From positions 52,266,001 to 52,330,000 of the forward strand of contig OZ296650.1 of assembly GCA_965655095.1 (NCBI GenBank): a stretch of DNA of 64,000 bases, given 5' to 3'. Shown here piece after piece: positions 51,201 to 64,000 of the stretch. A model generated the notes under the pieces. That model did no database searches. It had not been told where the DNA came from and saw only the letters and a program-made list of their open reading frames with translations. Within the stretch, counting starts at the first letter, position 1; each line of letters opens with the position of its first letter. The stretch comes from Haplodiscus bocki. Its lineage: Eukaryota. The translations under genes and the position numbers were made by a program.

Positions 51201-54200
51201 TTATATGTTTTTAGAGAAGGGTTGAAAAGATAAGTTACCTGCTTTAAATTTGACTGAACTTCGACTGAAATTCTTTTCAATAAGCTCCCTGCCTCAATAT
51301 TTTGATTGATCGTAGAATCCCAAAGCTGCTTGTAATGAAAGGACTATCTCCACGTTGACAATCAAAATCACCCATCAGTACAAGCTTGATATATTATATC
51401 AAAGTCTCACTGGAAAACTCTAGTTTTGAGCTGGAGAATTCATTTGTCAAAATTTTGACTTTGAACGTTGCATCCAAACTGTGATCGTGCAACGGATCCA
51501 AAGTTTCTCTCTGTCAAAATCATGATTGTTCAATGGAAATAAAACTTCTTTTAGTTCCGGAATTTCTCCTCGGTGAAACTGTTTTATGCTAACCAATTCA
51601 GATTTGATTTCTTCTTTTGAGAGCTGAAATACAAAATTATACTTTTTTTTCTTTCAATAGAATGATTCAATAAATAAATACTTGTTTTTACTTTGAATGA
51701 AAATGCGTAGACTCCGAAAAAAAAACAAATGTGCTGTTTCTAAAAGTTTATATCGAACCTCAGAATATTGTCTGACCGTAGTTGGCTATTTATTTGAATT
51801 CCACCATGAAGTTTTTGGGAAAAAGTTTAATTTTTGGAAGGATTTGTTTGGAGAATTCATTTTTTCGAGCTCCACATCAAAAGCGTGACAGTCCAAAAAG
51901 TCCCAAAATTTATTGGAATAAAGGAACAACTCGGATTGGACAACCATACTTGTACGTTACTACAAGTTTGACTACATTCATGAAAGTCTCAATCAAAGAT
52001 CCCAATTTAGAGGAGCAGAGTTACATTGAGAGTTCATTCATGATGGTCATTGCTCCAAAATCTCGGTCGTCCAATGGATTCAAAACTTCTACCAACATTG
52101 TTTCGTTTCCATGTCTAAACTCGTCATTTTTCTTTACTGCCAACTTGATTTACTGTGTAAAGGAATCAATAGGGAATTTTACTATTTCGGAAGACATTTA
52201 CAACAAAGTCGGTTTCATTGGATCATTGAATGTCCAAACATGGAACTTGGCTACTTTTTTCGATTTACCACGAAACTCAATCTCACATTTCTCAGTAACT
52301 ACAGGTTTCATTTTTTCCGAATCAACTCTGTCGGCAACTCCACTTTTCAAGGGGAATTTGGATTTCGGAGTTCATTCTGTTCTTTTCTTACATAAATTGG
52401 CTGACACTACGAAAAGTTCAATATATGTTACATTTTATTATCTATCTTGAAGCCCAAACATGACCTTTTCCAAAAATACAGGTTCCATTTCTTCGTAGAA
52501 AAATTCAATCGGTTTCCTCACTTTTGTATGAGAGGATTCGACTGAAACTCTCATCAATAAGTCCCTGCTTCAATATTTTGATTGACCAAAAAACCCAAAA
52601 ACTGCTTGTAATGAAAAGCTATCTCGACAATGACAGTCATAGTTATCGGTCAGTACAAGCCTGATTCATTGTATGAAAGTCTCAATGGAAAACTCTAGTT
52701 TTGTGCTGGCGAATTAGATTGTCAAAAAAAGTAACTTTGAACCTTGCCTTCAAATTTTAATAATCCAATGGGTCAAAATCTTCTCTCTGTCAAGTTCTTG
52801 ATTGTTCAATGGAAACGAAACTTCTTTTAACTCAAGAACCTATCCTTGGTGAAACCCATATTTCATAATCATTTGAGATTTGATTTCTTTTGTTGAGAGC
52901 TCAATACAAAATTATACTTTTTCAAAGAACGATTCAAAGGATAACTACTTGCTTTTACTTTGAATGTAAATGCGTAGACTCCAAAAAAAACAAATGTGCG
53001 GTTTCAGCTTGTTCATCTCCAACCTCAAGAGAAACTCTGACCATAGTTGGCCATCTGGTTTCCACCATGAAGTTTTTGTTCGAAAAATGTTCATATTTTT
53101 GGAAGAACTTGGTGGGAGATTCGCTTTTTTGATCTTTGCATCAAAAGAGTGACAGTCCGGAAAATCCAAAAAATTATGGTAGAAAAAAAAAAACTCGAAA
53201 TGAACCATCACACTTGTACATAACTACAAATTTGACTCCATTCATGAAAGTCTCAATCAAAAATCTCAAGTTTGAAGAGAAGAGTTAGATTAGAAAATCA
53301 TTCATGTTGATCATTGCTTCAAAACCTCGGCAGTCCAATGGATTTAAAAGTTCTCCCAATGTTGTTTCTTTCACATGTCTATCCTCGACTTTTTTCATTA
53401 CTGCCAATTTGATTAACTGTATAAAAGAATCAATCGTGTTTTTACCGTTTCGGAAGACATTTACAACAAATCAGTTTCTTTTGATTAATGAATCAAAATC
53501 TCGAAGGTCCAAACATGGAAAATGGTTACTATTTCCATTTACCGCGAAACTCAATTTCACATTTTTCCGAAACTACAACTTTCAATTCTTCCCTAATCAA
53601 CTCCGTCGTCAACTCCATTTTGGAAAGGGAATTTTGATTTCGGAGTTCATTCAGGTTGATCCTTGTATGACATGGCTGACACTACGGAAAGTCCAACGTG
53701 TGTTACTTTCTATTATCTAGCTCGATGCCCAAACCGAACCTTCTTCGAATCTATAGGTTTGATTTCTTCGTTGAGAAACTCAATCGGTTTTCCCAAATCT
53801 GTATGAGAGGGTTCGACTGAAACTCTTTTAAATATGGTCCCTGCTTCAAAATTTTGATTCACCCAAAAAACCAAAAATTGCTTGTAATGAAAAGCTATCT
53901 CGACATTGATAGTCATAGTTATAGGTCAGTACAAGCTTGATTTCTTCTATGAAAGTCTCACGGGAAAAGTCTAGTTTTGTGCTGGCGACTTCGATTGTCA
54001 AGTTTTCCACTTTGATCCCTGCATCCAAATTTTGATAGTCCAATGTGTCAGAAGATTCTCTCTATCAAAAATTCTGTTGTTCAATGTTTTAATCAAAGAT
54101 CTCTATTTTGGTGACGGTACTTCGGTCAATAATTTAAACATGTTGATCGTTGCTTCAAAATTTTGGTAATCCAATGGAGTTAAACCTTCTACCAACATCA

Positions 54201-54227
54201 TTTCTATTCCATGTTTAAACTCGTCTT

Positions 54228-55690
54228 TTTTCATTACTGCCAGTTTGATTTACTGTATAAAGGAATCAATCGTGTTTTTTTCCGTTTCGGAAGACATTTA
54301 CAACGAAGTCAGTTTCTTTTGATCAATGAATCAAAATCTCGAAGGTCCAAACATGGAAAATGGTTACCTATTTCGATTTACCGCGAAACTCAATCTCACA
54401 TTTTCCCGTAACTACAAGTTTCAATTTTTCCCTAATCAACTCCGTCGGCAACTCCATTTTGGAAAGAGAATTTTGATTTCTTCGTTGAGAAACTCAATCG
54501 GTTTTTCCCAAATCTGTATGAGAGGGTTCGACTGAAATTCTTTCCAATATGGTCCCTGCTTCAATATTTTGATTCACCCGAAAAATCAAAAATTGCTAGT
54601 AATGAAAAGCTATCTCGACCTTGACAGTCCTAGTTATAGGTCAGTAAAAGCTTGTTTTCCTCTATGAAACTCTCACTGGAAAACTCTAGTTTTGTGCTGG
54701 CGAATTCGATTGTTAAAATGTTAACTTTGATCCTTGCATTCAAATTTTGATAGTCCAATGGGTCAGAAGATTCTCTCTGTCAAAAAATCGTTTTTTCAAG
54801 AGGAACAAACCTTCATTCAAGTCAAAACTTTCTCCGTGTTGAAAGTAATATTTCCTAATCAATTCAGATTTGATTCCTTCTACTGAGATCTCAAAACAAA
54901 TTTTGATTTTGTAACGAAGGATTCAATAGGTAATTTACCTGTTGTTACTTTGATTGAAATAGCGTATACTCCGAAAAAAAGCAAATGTGTTGTTTTTAGT
55001 TCTTTATCTCGAATCTCAATATAAAATCTGTCCGTAGTTGGACGTTTTGTTTTAACCATGACGTTTCCGCTCGAAAAAAATTGAAACTTTTGGAGGGATT
55101 TGTTTGGGAAATCCCCTTTTTTGATCTTTGCATCGGAAGTATGACAGTCCGAAAGATGTCAAAAATTATGGTAACAAAGAAATAACTCGAAACGGACAAT
55201 CATACTTCTCCATAACTACAAGTTTGACTTCATCCATGAAAGTCTCAATCAAAGATCTCAATTTTGAGGAAGAGAGTTATATTGAAAGTTCATTCAAGTT
55301 GATCATTTCTTAAAAATCTCGGCAGTTCAATGGATTTAAATCTTTTACCTACATCGTTTCTTTTCCATGTCTAAATTCAATCTTTTTCATCATTGCCAGT
55401 TTGGTTTACTTTGTAAACGAATCAATCGGGAACTTTAACATTTTAGAAGAGATTTCCAATAAAATTTCTTTTCTTTTGACCAGTGATTCAAAATCTCGGA
55501 AGTCCAAACATGGGACTTGGCTACTCATTCGATATACCTCCAAAGTCAATCTCCTATTTCTCCATAACTGCAGATTTCATTTCATCCCTAATCAACTCCG
55601 ACGGCAACTCCACTTTTCACGGGGACTTTGGAGTTCAATCTGGTTGATCCCTGCATAAATTGGCTGACACTACGAAAAATCGAATGTCTG
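54228..55690 (+). repeat. Long-range copy of ~6885-8350
   Basis: ORFs 6983/54326, 7653/54996 and 7785/55128 are offset by 47343. Both copies carry the same ~125-bp deletion junction (7129-7137 and ~54472-54480). Confidence 0.9.
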
Positions 55691-58600
55691 TTACCTTTTT
55701 TTTATCTCGAAGCCCGAACCCAACCTTTTCCAAAAATACAGGTTCCATTTAATCGTTGAAAAACTCAATCGATTTTCCCACTTTTGTATGAGAGCATTCG
55801 ACTAAAATTTTCTTCAATATGGTCCCTTCTCTAAATTTTTGATTGAAAAAAAATCCAAAATCTGCTTGTAATGAAAGAATTATCTCGACATTGACAATCA
55901 TAATTCTCCGTCAGTACTAGTTTGATTTCATCCTTGAAAGTCTCATTGAAAAACTCATTTTTTGTGCTGGCGAATTCGATTATCAAAATTTTTGCTTTGA
56001 TTTTTCCATCCAAACTTTGTTCGTCCAAGGGATCCAAAAATTCTGTCTGTCATAATCGTGATTAATCAATGGAACCAAATCTTCTTCCAATTCCGGACTT
56101 TCTGCTCGGTGAAACCCATTTCTCCTAGAAAATTCCGATATGAAATCTTCTATTGAGTTTAAATACAAATTAAATTTTTTCAGAGCAAAGTTCGGTAGAT
56201 AGCTTACCTATTTCTACTTTGATTGAAATTGCGTATACTCCAAAAAAAACATATGTGCTGTTTTTAATTCTTCATCTCGAACTTCAATACGAAATTTGAC
56301 CGTAGTTGCACATTTGGTTTCAACCATGACGTTTGTGTTCCAAAATTGTTCAAATCTTCGGAAGGAATTGTTTGAAGTGTCCCTTTTTTCGATCTTCGCA
56401 TCAGAAGTCTGACAGCCCAAAAAATCCCAAAATTTATGGTAAAAAACAATAACTCGAACTGGACAAACATACATGTCCATAACTACAAGTTTGAATTCAT
56501 TAATGAAAGTCTCAATCAATATCTTGAATTTGAGGAGGAGAGTTAGATTGAAAAGTAATTCAGGTTGATAAATGCTTCAAAATCTCGGCCGTCCAATGGA
56601 TTCACAGCTTCTACCAACATTGATTAATTTCCAAGTCTAAAGTCGTCGTTTCTCATTACTGCTGGTTTGATTTACCGTATAAAGCAATCAATCGGGGGTT
56701 TGGCCGTTTCAAAAAACATTTACAACAAAGTCAGTTTCTTTTGATCAATGAATCAAAATATCGGAAGTCCAAACATGGAAAATGATTACTTTTTTCGATT
56801 TACCGCGAAACACAATCTCGCATTTCTCAGTAACTACAGGTTTCATTTCTTCCCTATTCAACCCCGTCGGCAACTCCACTTTTTAATGAGATTTTGGACT
56901 TCAGAGTTCGTTTGGTTAATGCTTGCATGAATTGGCTGACACGAAAAATCCAAAATCTGTTACCTTTCATTATCTATCTCGCAGCCCGAACCTAACCTTC
57001 TCCAAAAATACAGGTTCGAATTCTTCATTGAACACCTCAATCGCTTGTCCCACTTTTGTATGAGAGGATGCGGTTGAAATTGTCTTCAATATAGTCCCTG
57101 CTTCAATATTTAGGTTGACGGAAAATTCCAAAAACTGCTTGTGTTGAAAGGACTATCTGGACGTTGACAAATATAAATCTCAGTCAGTACTGGCTTGATT
57201 TCTTATATGAAAGTCTTATTGGAAAACTCTAGTTTTACTATGGCGAACAAAAGTGTCAATACTTTTACTTTGATCCGTCCATCCAAACTTTGTTCGTCCA
57301 ATGGATCCAAAGTTTTTGGCTGTCAAAAGCGCGATTGTTCAATGGAAACAAAATCTTTTTTAATTCCTGATTTGCTCCTCGGTTAAAACCTTTTTTCCTA
57401 ATCAATTCAGATTTTAATTCTTCTATTGAGTTCTCAAAACAAATAATAATTTTTCACAGTCGGATTCAAAATATAGCTCACCTGGTTTTACTTTCATCGA
57501 AATTGCGTAACTTCAGAAAAATATGTGCTGTTTTAATTGTTCATCTAGAACCTCTTCATCTTCTTCATCTAGAAGAAAATTTGACCGTAGTCGGACATTT
57601 GGTTTCAACCATGAAGTTTGTGCTCGAAAAACATTCAAGTTTTTGGAAGGATTTGGTTGGAGAATCCCCTTTCTTGATCTTCACATCGGAAGTGTGACAG
57701 CCCGAAGAATCCCAAAAACTATGGTAATAAAGGAATAACTGGAAATGGACAAACCTACTTGTCCAATACTACAAGTTCGGCTTCATTCATGAAAGTCTCA
57801 ATCAAATATCTCACATTTGAGGAAGAGAGTTAGATTAGAAAATCTTTCATGTTGATCATTTTTTCAAAATCTCGGCAATCGAATGGATTCAAAATTTCTA
57901 CCAACATTGTTTCTTTTCCATGTCTAAACTCGTCTTTTTTCATTACTACCAGTTTGATTTACTGCAGAAAGGAGTCAATCGTGGTTTTTACCGTTTCAAA
58001 AGACAAAGTCGCTTTCTTTTGATCAAGGCATCACAATGTCGAAAGTCCAGACATGGAACTTGGCTCCTAATTTTGACTTACCGCTAAAATAAATCTCACA
58101 CATCTCCGTTACTACAGGTTTTATTTCTTCCCTAATCAACTACGTCGACAACTCCCCTTTTCAAAACAAATTTGACTTCGGATTTCACACAGGTTGATCT
58201 TTGCACGAATTCGCTGAGACTACAAAAATTTTAAAATGTGTTACTTTTTTAAATCTAAATCGAAGCCCAAACCTAACCTTCTTAAAAACTAGAGGTTTGA
58301 TCTCTTCGTTGGAGAACTCACTCGGTTTTCACACTTTTGTTTGAGAAGATTCAGTTGAAAAACTCTTCAATATGTTCCCAGCTTCAAATTTTTGATTGGC
58401 CAAAAAACCAAAAAAAGCTTGTAATGAAAACACTATCTCGAAACTGACAATCGTAATCACCTGTCAGTTCAAGCTTGATTTCCTATATCAAAGTCTCACT
58501 GGAAAACTCTAGTTTTCGGCTGGTGAATTCAGTTGTCACAATTTTCACTTTGATTGTTGCATCAAATCTGTGATCGTCCAATGGATCCAAAGTTTCTCTC

Positions 58601-59309
58601 TGTCAAAGTCACGATTGTTCAACGGAAACAACACTTCGTTTAAATCCGGACATTCTGCTTGCTGAAACTCTTATTTCCTAATCAGTTCAGATCTGATTTC
58701 TTCTATTGAGAGCTCAATACGGAATCAAACTTTGTTGAAGAATGATTCAGAAGATATCTAAATGTTTTTACTTTGAATGAAATTGCGTAGACTCCCAAAA
58801 AAAAAACAAAAAGGCCGGTTCTAATTGTTTATCTCGGACCGCAAAATAAAAATTGACCGTAGTTTGACATTTGGTTTCAGCCATGAAGTTTCTGCTCGAG
58901 AAATTTTGGACAGATTTGTTTAGAGTATCCTCTTTTACGATCTTTGCCTCAAGAGTGTGACAGTCCGAAAAATCCCAAAATTTATGGTAATAAAGTAATA
59001 ACTCGGAATGGACAAACATACTTGCCCATAACCACAAGTATGGCTTCAATCATGAAAGTCTCAATCAAATATCTCAAATTTGAGCAGCAGAGTTAGATTA
59101 GATTTTTTTTCATGTTAACCATTGCTTCAAAATCTCGGCAGTCCAATGGATTCTAAACTTCTACCAACAACGTTTCTTTTCCTTGTCTAAATTCGTCTTT
59201 TTTCATCACTGCTTGTTGGTTTTTTGTATAAAGGAATCAATCGGGAGTTTTACCGTTTTAGAAGAGAATGCCAATAAAAATTATTTTCTGTTGATCAATA
59301 AAAAAAATC

Positions 59310-60700
59310 TTGAGAGTCCAAACATGGAAAATGGTTACTTTTTTCGATTTACCGCGAAACACAATCTCGCATTTCTCAGTAACTACAGGTTTCATTTCTT
59401 CCCTATTCAACCCCGTCGGCAACTCCACTTTTTAATGAGATTTTGGACTTCAGAGTTCGTTTGGTTAATGCTTGCATGAATTGGCTGACACGAAAAATCC
59501 AAAATCTGTTACCTTTCATTATCTATCTCGCAGCCCGAACCTAACCTTCTCCAAAAATACAGGTTCGAATTCTTCATTGAACACCTCAATCGCTTGTCCC
59601 ACTTTTGTATGAGAGGATGCGGTTGAAATTCTCTTCAATATAGTCCCTGCTTCAATATTTAGGTTGACGGAAAATTCCAAAAACTGCTTGTGTTGAAAGG
59701 AATATCTGGACGTTGACAAATAAAAATCTCAGTCAGTACTGGCTTGATTTCTTATATGAAAGTCTTATTGGGAAACTCTAGTTTTACTATGGCGAACAAA
59801 AGTGTCAATACTTTTACTTTGATCCGTCCATCCAAACTTTGTTCGTCCAATGAATCCAAAACATCTAGCTGTCAAAATCGTGATTGTTCCATGGTAAAAA
59901 AACTTCTTTTAATTCCGGAGTTTCTCCTCGGTGAAACCCGTATTTCCTAATCAATTCAGATTTGAATTCTTCTTTTGAGTTCTCAATACAAAATATAAAT
60001 TTTCTGAGCAAGATTCAACAGATTGCTTACCTGTTTTAAACTTGATTGAAAGTGCGTTTACTCCAAAAAAAAAACAAATGTGCTGTTTTTAATTGTTCAT
60101 CTCGAACCTCAAAATAATATATGACCGTAGTTGGCCATTTGATTTCCACCATGAAGTTTTCATTCGAGAAATGTTCAATTTTTTGGAAAAATTTGGTTGC
60201 AGAAATCCCTTTTTCGATCTTTACATCAAAAGTGTGACAGTCCGAGAAATCCCAAAGGTTATGGTAATAAGGGATTACCTCGAAATGGACGATCACACCT
60301 GTACATAACTATAAATTTGACTTCATTCATGAAAGTCTCAATCAAAAATCTCAAAATTGAGGAGAAGAGTTAGATTGAAAACTCATTCATGTTGATCATT
60401 GCTTCAAGTTCTCGGCCGTGCAGCGGTTTCAAAAACTCTACCGACAACAATTCTTTTCCATGTCCAAACTCGTCTATCTTCATAACTGCCTGTTTGCTCT
60501 ACTGTATAAACGAATCAATCGAGAACTTTACCGTTCTAGCAAGATTTCCAACAAAAATTCGTTCCTTTTGATCGGTGAATCAAAATCTCGAATGTCCAAA
60601 CAAGGAATTTGGCTACTTATTTCGATTTACCGCGAAACTCAATCTCACATTTGTCCGTAACTACAGAATTCATTTCTTCCCTAATCACTCCGTCGACCAC
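59310..60700 (+). repeat. Copy of ~49240-50640
   Basis: ORFs 50025/60093, 50321/60389 and 50350/60418 are offset by 10068. Confidence 0.88.
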
Positions 60701-62929
60701 TCCACTTATTACAGGAAATTTTGACTTCGGAGTTCACACAGGTTGTTCCCTGCATGACTTGGCTGAGACTAAGAAAAAACCAAAATGTGTTACTTTCCAT
60801 TATCTATATTGAAGCCCAAACGTATCCTTCTCCAAACTCACAGGTTTGATTTTTTCGCTGGAAAATTCAATCGGTTTTCCCACTTCTGTATGAGAAGATT
60901 CGATTGAATTTTTCTTCAATACGATCTCTGCTTCAATATTTTGATTGACCGAAAGAACCAAAAACTGCTTGTACTGAAAAAATATCTCAACATCGACAAC
61001 TTAATTATGCGATTGTACCAGCTTGATTTTGTCTATGAAAATCACAATGCAAAACTTTTTTTTGTGCGGGCGAATTCGATTGTCAAAATTTTCATTTTGT
61101 TCCTTGCATCCAATTTTTGTTCGTCCAATGGAACGAAAATTTCTCTCTGCCAATTTCTTGATTGTTCAATTGAAACAAAACTTCTTTTAATTCCGGAATT
61201 TCTCTTCGGTGAAACTATAGTTTGCTAACCAATTCGGATTTGATTTCTTCTTTTGAGAGCTGAATACAAAATTATATATTTTTTTCTTTCCATAGAATGA
61301 TTCAATAGATAAATATTTGTTTTTACTTTGAATGAGAAGGCATAGACTCCGAAAAAAACAAATGTGCTGTTTCTATTTGTTTATAACTATCCTCAAAGAA
61401 ATATATGACCGTAGTTGGCAATTTGAATTCCACCATGAAATTTTTGGACAAATGTTCAATTTTTGGAAGCGTTTGTTTGGAGAATCCATTTTTTCGATCT
61501 TCACATCAAAAGTGTGAGAGTCCAAAAAATCCCAAATTTTTTTGGTAATAAAGGAATAACTCGAAGTGGACAATCATACTTGTCCATAACTACAAGTTTG
61601 ACTTCATTCATGAATGTATTAGTCAAAGATCTCTAATTTGGGGCGGGTACTTCGGTCAATATATTCATTTATTCATGTTGACCGTTGCTCCAAATTTTTG
61701 GTAATCCATTGGATTCAAACCTTCTACCAACATCATTTCCTTTCCATGTTTAAACTCGTCTATTTTCATCACTGCCAGTTTGATTTGCTGTATAATGGAA
61801 CCAATCGGGAATTTCAACGTTTGAGAAGACATTCACAACAAAGTCGCTTTCTTTTGATCAATGTTTCAAATTCGCGAAAGTCAAAGCACGGAAATTTGCT
61901 ACTTATTTCGATATACCGCTAAACTCAATCTCACATTTCTCTGTAACTACAGATTTCATTTCTTCCCTAATCAACTCCGTCGGCAACTCCGCTTTTCAAG
62001 GGGATTTTTGACTTTGCAGTTCATTCAGGTGGCATGAGTTGGCTGACACGACGAGAAATCCAACATGTGTCGGCTATTATTATCTACCTCGAAACCCAAA
62101 CGTATCCTTCTCCAAAAATATAGGTTTGATTTTTTCGTTGAAAAACTGAATCAGTTTTCTCACTTTTGTATGAGAGGTCTCCATTGAAATTCTCTTCAAT
62201 ATGCTCCCTGCTTCAATATTTTGATCTACCAAAAATTCCAAAAAAAACTTGTAGTGAGAAAGCTGTCTCGACGTTGAAAATTAAGATTATCCGTGAGTAA
62301 AAGCTTGATTTCTTCTATGAAAGTCTCACTGGAAAACTAGTTTTGTGCTGGCGAATTGGGTTGTCAAGAATATCACTTTGGTTCTTCCATCCACACTTTG
62401 ATCGTCCAATGGATCCAAAGCCTCTGTTTGTCAAAATCTTGGTTGTACAATGGAAACAAAACTTCTGATAAATCTGGAGTTTCTTTTCGCTGAAACTCAT
62501 TTTCTTAATCAATTCAGACTTCGCTTATCCTATCAAGATCTCCAAACGAGAATCTACATTTTTAGAGAAAGATTCACTAGATAACTTAACTGTCGTTACT
62601 TTGAATGAAATTCCGTTATCTTGGGTAAAAAAGAAAAGTGCTGTTTTTGTTTGTTTATCTCGAACCGCAAACTAAAATCTGACCGAAGCTGGCAATTTTT
62701 ATTTTTCTCAAAGTTCTGCTAGTCCAAATCAAGTCTGGTAATGAAGGAATAAATCCACATTGACAACGTTACTTTTCCGTAACTACAGGATTGACTTCTT
62801 CCAACACTTTTTTGGTCAAATACACAACTCTGTTGGACAAATGAATTATAACATCTTTCATTTAATCTTTGCATCAAAGTTACGCGTTTCTGAGACAACC
62901 CAAAAGTACTAATTGTGATCACCATTTTA

Positions 62930-64000
62930 GTTAGTTAAAGCTATACGTCTCAATAATTAAAGGGTTGTTTCCTTCAAAGAAAGTTTCAATCAAAAACATC
63001 AGCCGATAGGGGAAGCTTCGGTTATTAGGTCAATCTGTTTCATATTTGAATCAAAATCCTAGCAAACCATTGGATCCAAATGTTGCAGTCTTAGCATTCG
63101 ATCTCCTTGTTCAAACTCATCTCTCTTCATCAGTAGAGGTCCGATTTCTTCCATGAAAAAGTCAACCGGTAGAGTTACACTTTTCGAGGAGGTACTTACT
63201 CTAAAATTTCTCAATTTGGTCCCTGCAACACATTCTTGATAGTTTAACATTGAAATGGTGCAATTAATTTTTGGTTTTTCTTGAAACTCACTTTCTTTTA
63301 CTTTCAATACTAGAGGTTTTTTTTCTTCAATAAAGGTTTCAACCAACAACTCTTCACATCTAGAGGACGATTCACTTGAGAGTCGTTCATTTTGATCATG
63401 GAATGAAAATTGCGATAGTCCAAAAGAACTGGCTGTTAGTTTTGAATGCTCACGAAATTCAAACTCATTTTTCTCCATAAAGACAGGGTTGATAACTTCC
63501 ATGACATACTCAGTGGGAAGTTCAAATCGTCTGGGGGAAGGTTCGGTTAGAATTCAACCCTTGGGATCGTTACATCAAAACTGTGATAATCTGAGAAATC
63601 ACAAAATTGCTAGTATTAGTAGTAATATTCAAAGAGTTTTTTGAAATCATACTTCTCTTTACTTTCAAGTTTACTTTCATCCATTAGGTTCTCAATCAAA
63701 AAAACTATGCTTGCGGACGAGGATTCGACTGATAAATTGACCATTTTTTTCTTTCCTTCGAAGTGTTAATGGTCCACTGGATCTAAAGATTCTTTTAGTT
63801 TTAGTTTGTCCTCATGTTCAAACTCATCTTTCTTCATCAATAAAGGTTTGATTTTGTCCAATGGATAGTTTACCGACTTCGGAGGAGAATTCAATTAAAA
63901 GAAAGCCTAAATTCTTCCATGAGTCAAAAATCGGATGAATCAGAATTTAAAAAAATCAAATTCTTTCCCAAATCGATACACAAACTCAATTTTCTTCGTT
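62930..64000 (-). pseudogene. Degenerate remnant of an acidic tandem-repeat (~57-60 aa) protein gene, homologous to the satellite monomer; runs off the window end
   Basis: ORF 63059-63502 has repeats at aa 1, 58 and 117 (MEVINPVFMEKNEFE / FIEEKKPLVLKVKESEF / FMEEIGPLLMKRDEFE). Upstream on the minus strand it reads IKPLLMKKDEFEHEDKLKLKESLDPVDH*HFE...IENLMDESKL, with in-frame stops and a frameshift near 63555. Family not recognised. Confidence 0.6.

Larger units (their letters stand above)
3777..62720 (+). repeat. Complex satellite array: ~1.28-kb heptameric unit of diverged ~177-bp monomers, about 47-49 units, all in one orientation
   Basis: The marker ggtttccaccatgaa recurs at ~4010, 5300, 6555, 7705, 8984 ... 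12628, 13905, 15181, 16456 and onward. I counted about 47 copies of the acaagtttgacttcattcatgaaagtctcaatc monomer. Homologous short ORFs recur throughout the ORF track at ~1275-1285-bp spacing. Confidence 0.98.

Noticed and set aside
51782-52450. Longest ORF (222 aa, + strand)
   Set aside because: It is a chance open frame across a mosaic of satellite segments (matching ~35.3 kb and ~40.1 kb), antisense to the protein-like frame and interrupted in the other units.
57538-57580. tcatctagaacctcttcatcttcttcatctagaag as an insertion footprint
   Set aside because: It is more simply a local slippage duplication within monomer A, with no element ends.
3870-62512. About 200 short ORFs (60-222 aa) on both strands as real genes
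   Set aside because: They recur with the satellite period, their stops and frames differ between copies through homopolymer indels, and none shows a recognisable domain.
3777-62720. Array as one giant functional gene using stop readthrough, an alternative code or programmed frameshifts
   Set aside because: The minus-strand protein-like frame has stops and many copy-specific 1-2-bp indels, plus large out-of-frame deletions. This pattern fits decay rather than recoding.
3777-62720. CRISPR-like or cassette-type diversity system
   Set aside because: There is no constant-repeat/unique-spacer alternation; all sequence is homologous between units, and no recombinase or reverse transcriptase is present.
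62930-64000. Naming the repeat protein (e.g. titin-like)
   Set aside because: Only generic Glu/Lys richness supports it; I recognise no Ig, Fn3 or other family signature.

Overview
AT-rich, eukaryote-looking window with no recognisable intact gene. About 92% of it (3777-~62720) is one head-to-tail complex satellite with a ~1.28-kb unit (about 47-49 units). Each unit is a heptamer of strongly diverged ~175-180-bp monomers (A-G; G is ~217 bp through an internal 41-bp duplication), built as a tetramer plus a trimer (A~E, B~F, C~G). Younger higher-order duplications are layered on top: a near-perfect 3x3437-bp block, a 2565-bp dimer block, a ~5-kb copy displaced by 8.4-9.7 kb, long-range copies and a visible gene-conversion tract. 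The main observation is that every monomer, read on the minus strand, gives fragments of the same ~59-aa acidic repeat (E-x-F-x-E-E-I-K-P/L-V...E-F). The right flank (62930-64000) carries this repeat largely in frame with few stops, so the satellite appears to have arisen from a decayed tandem-repeat protein gene. The left 3.8 kb holds a minisatellite-rich element end terminating in ...ACTACT (AGTAGT on the minus strand, Polinton/Maverick-like) that cuts the satellite mid-monomer, plus an inverted decayed copy of the same end and a tRNA-like A/B-box segment. All comparisons were made by eye and block edges are approximate. The many 60-220-aa ORFs inside the array are treated as repeat artefacts.
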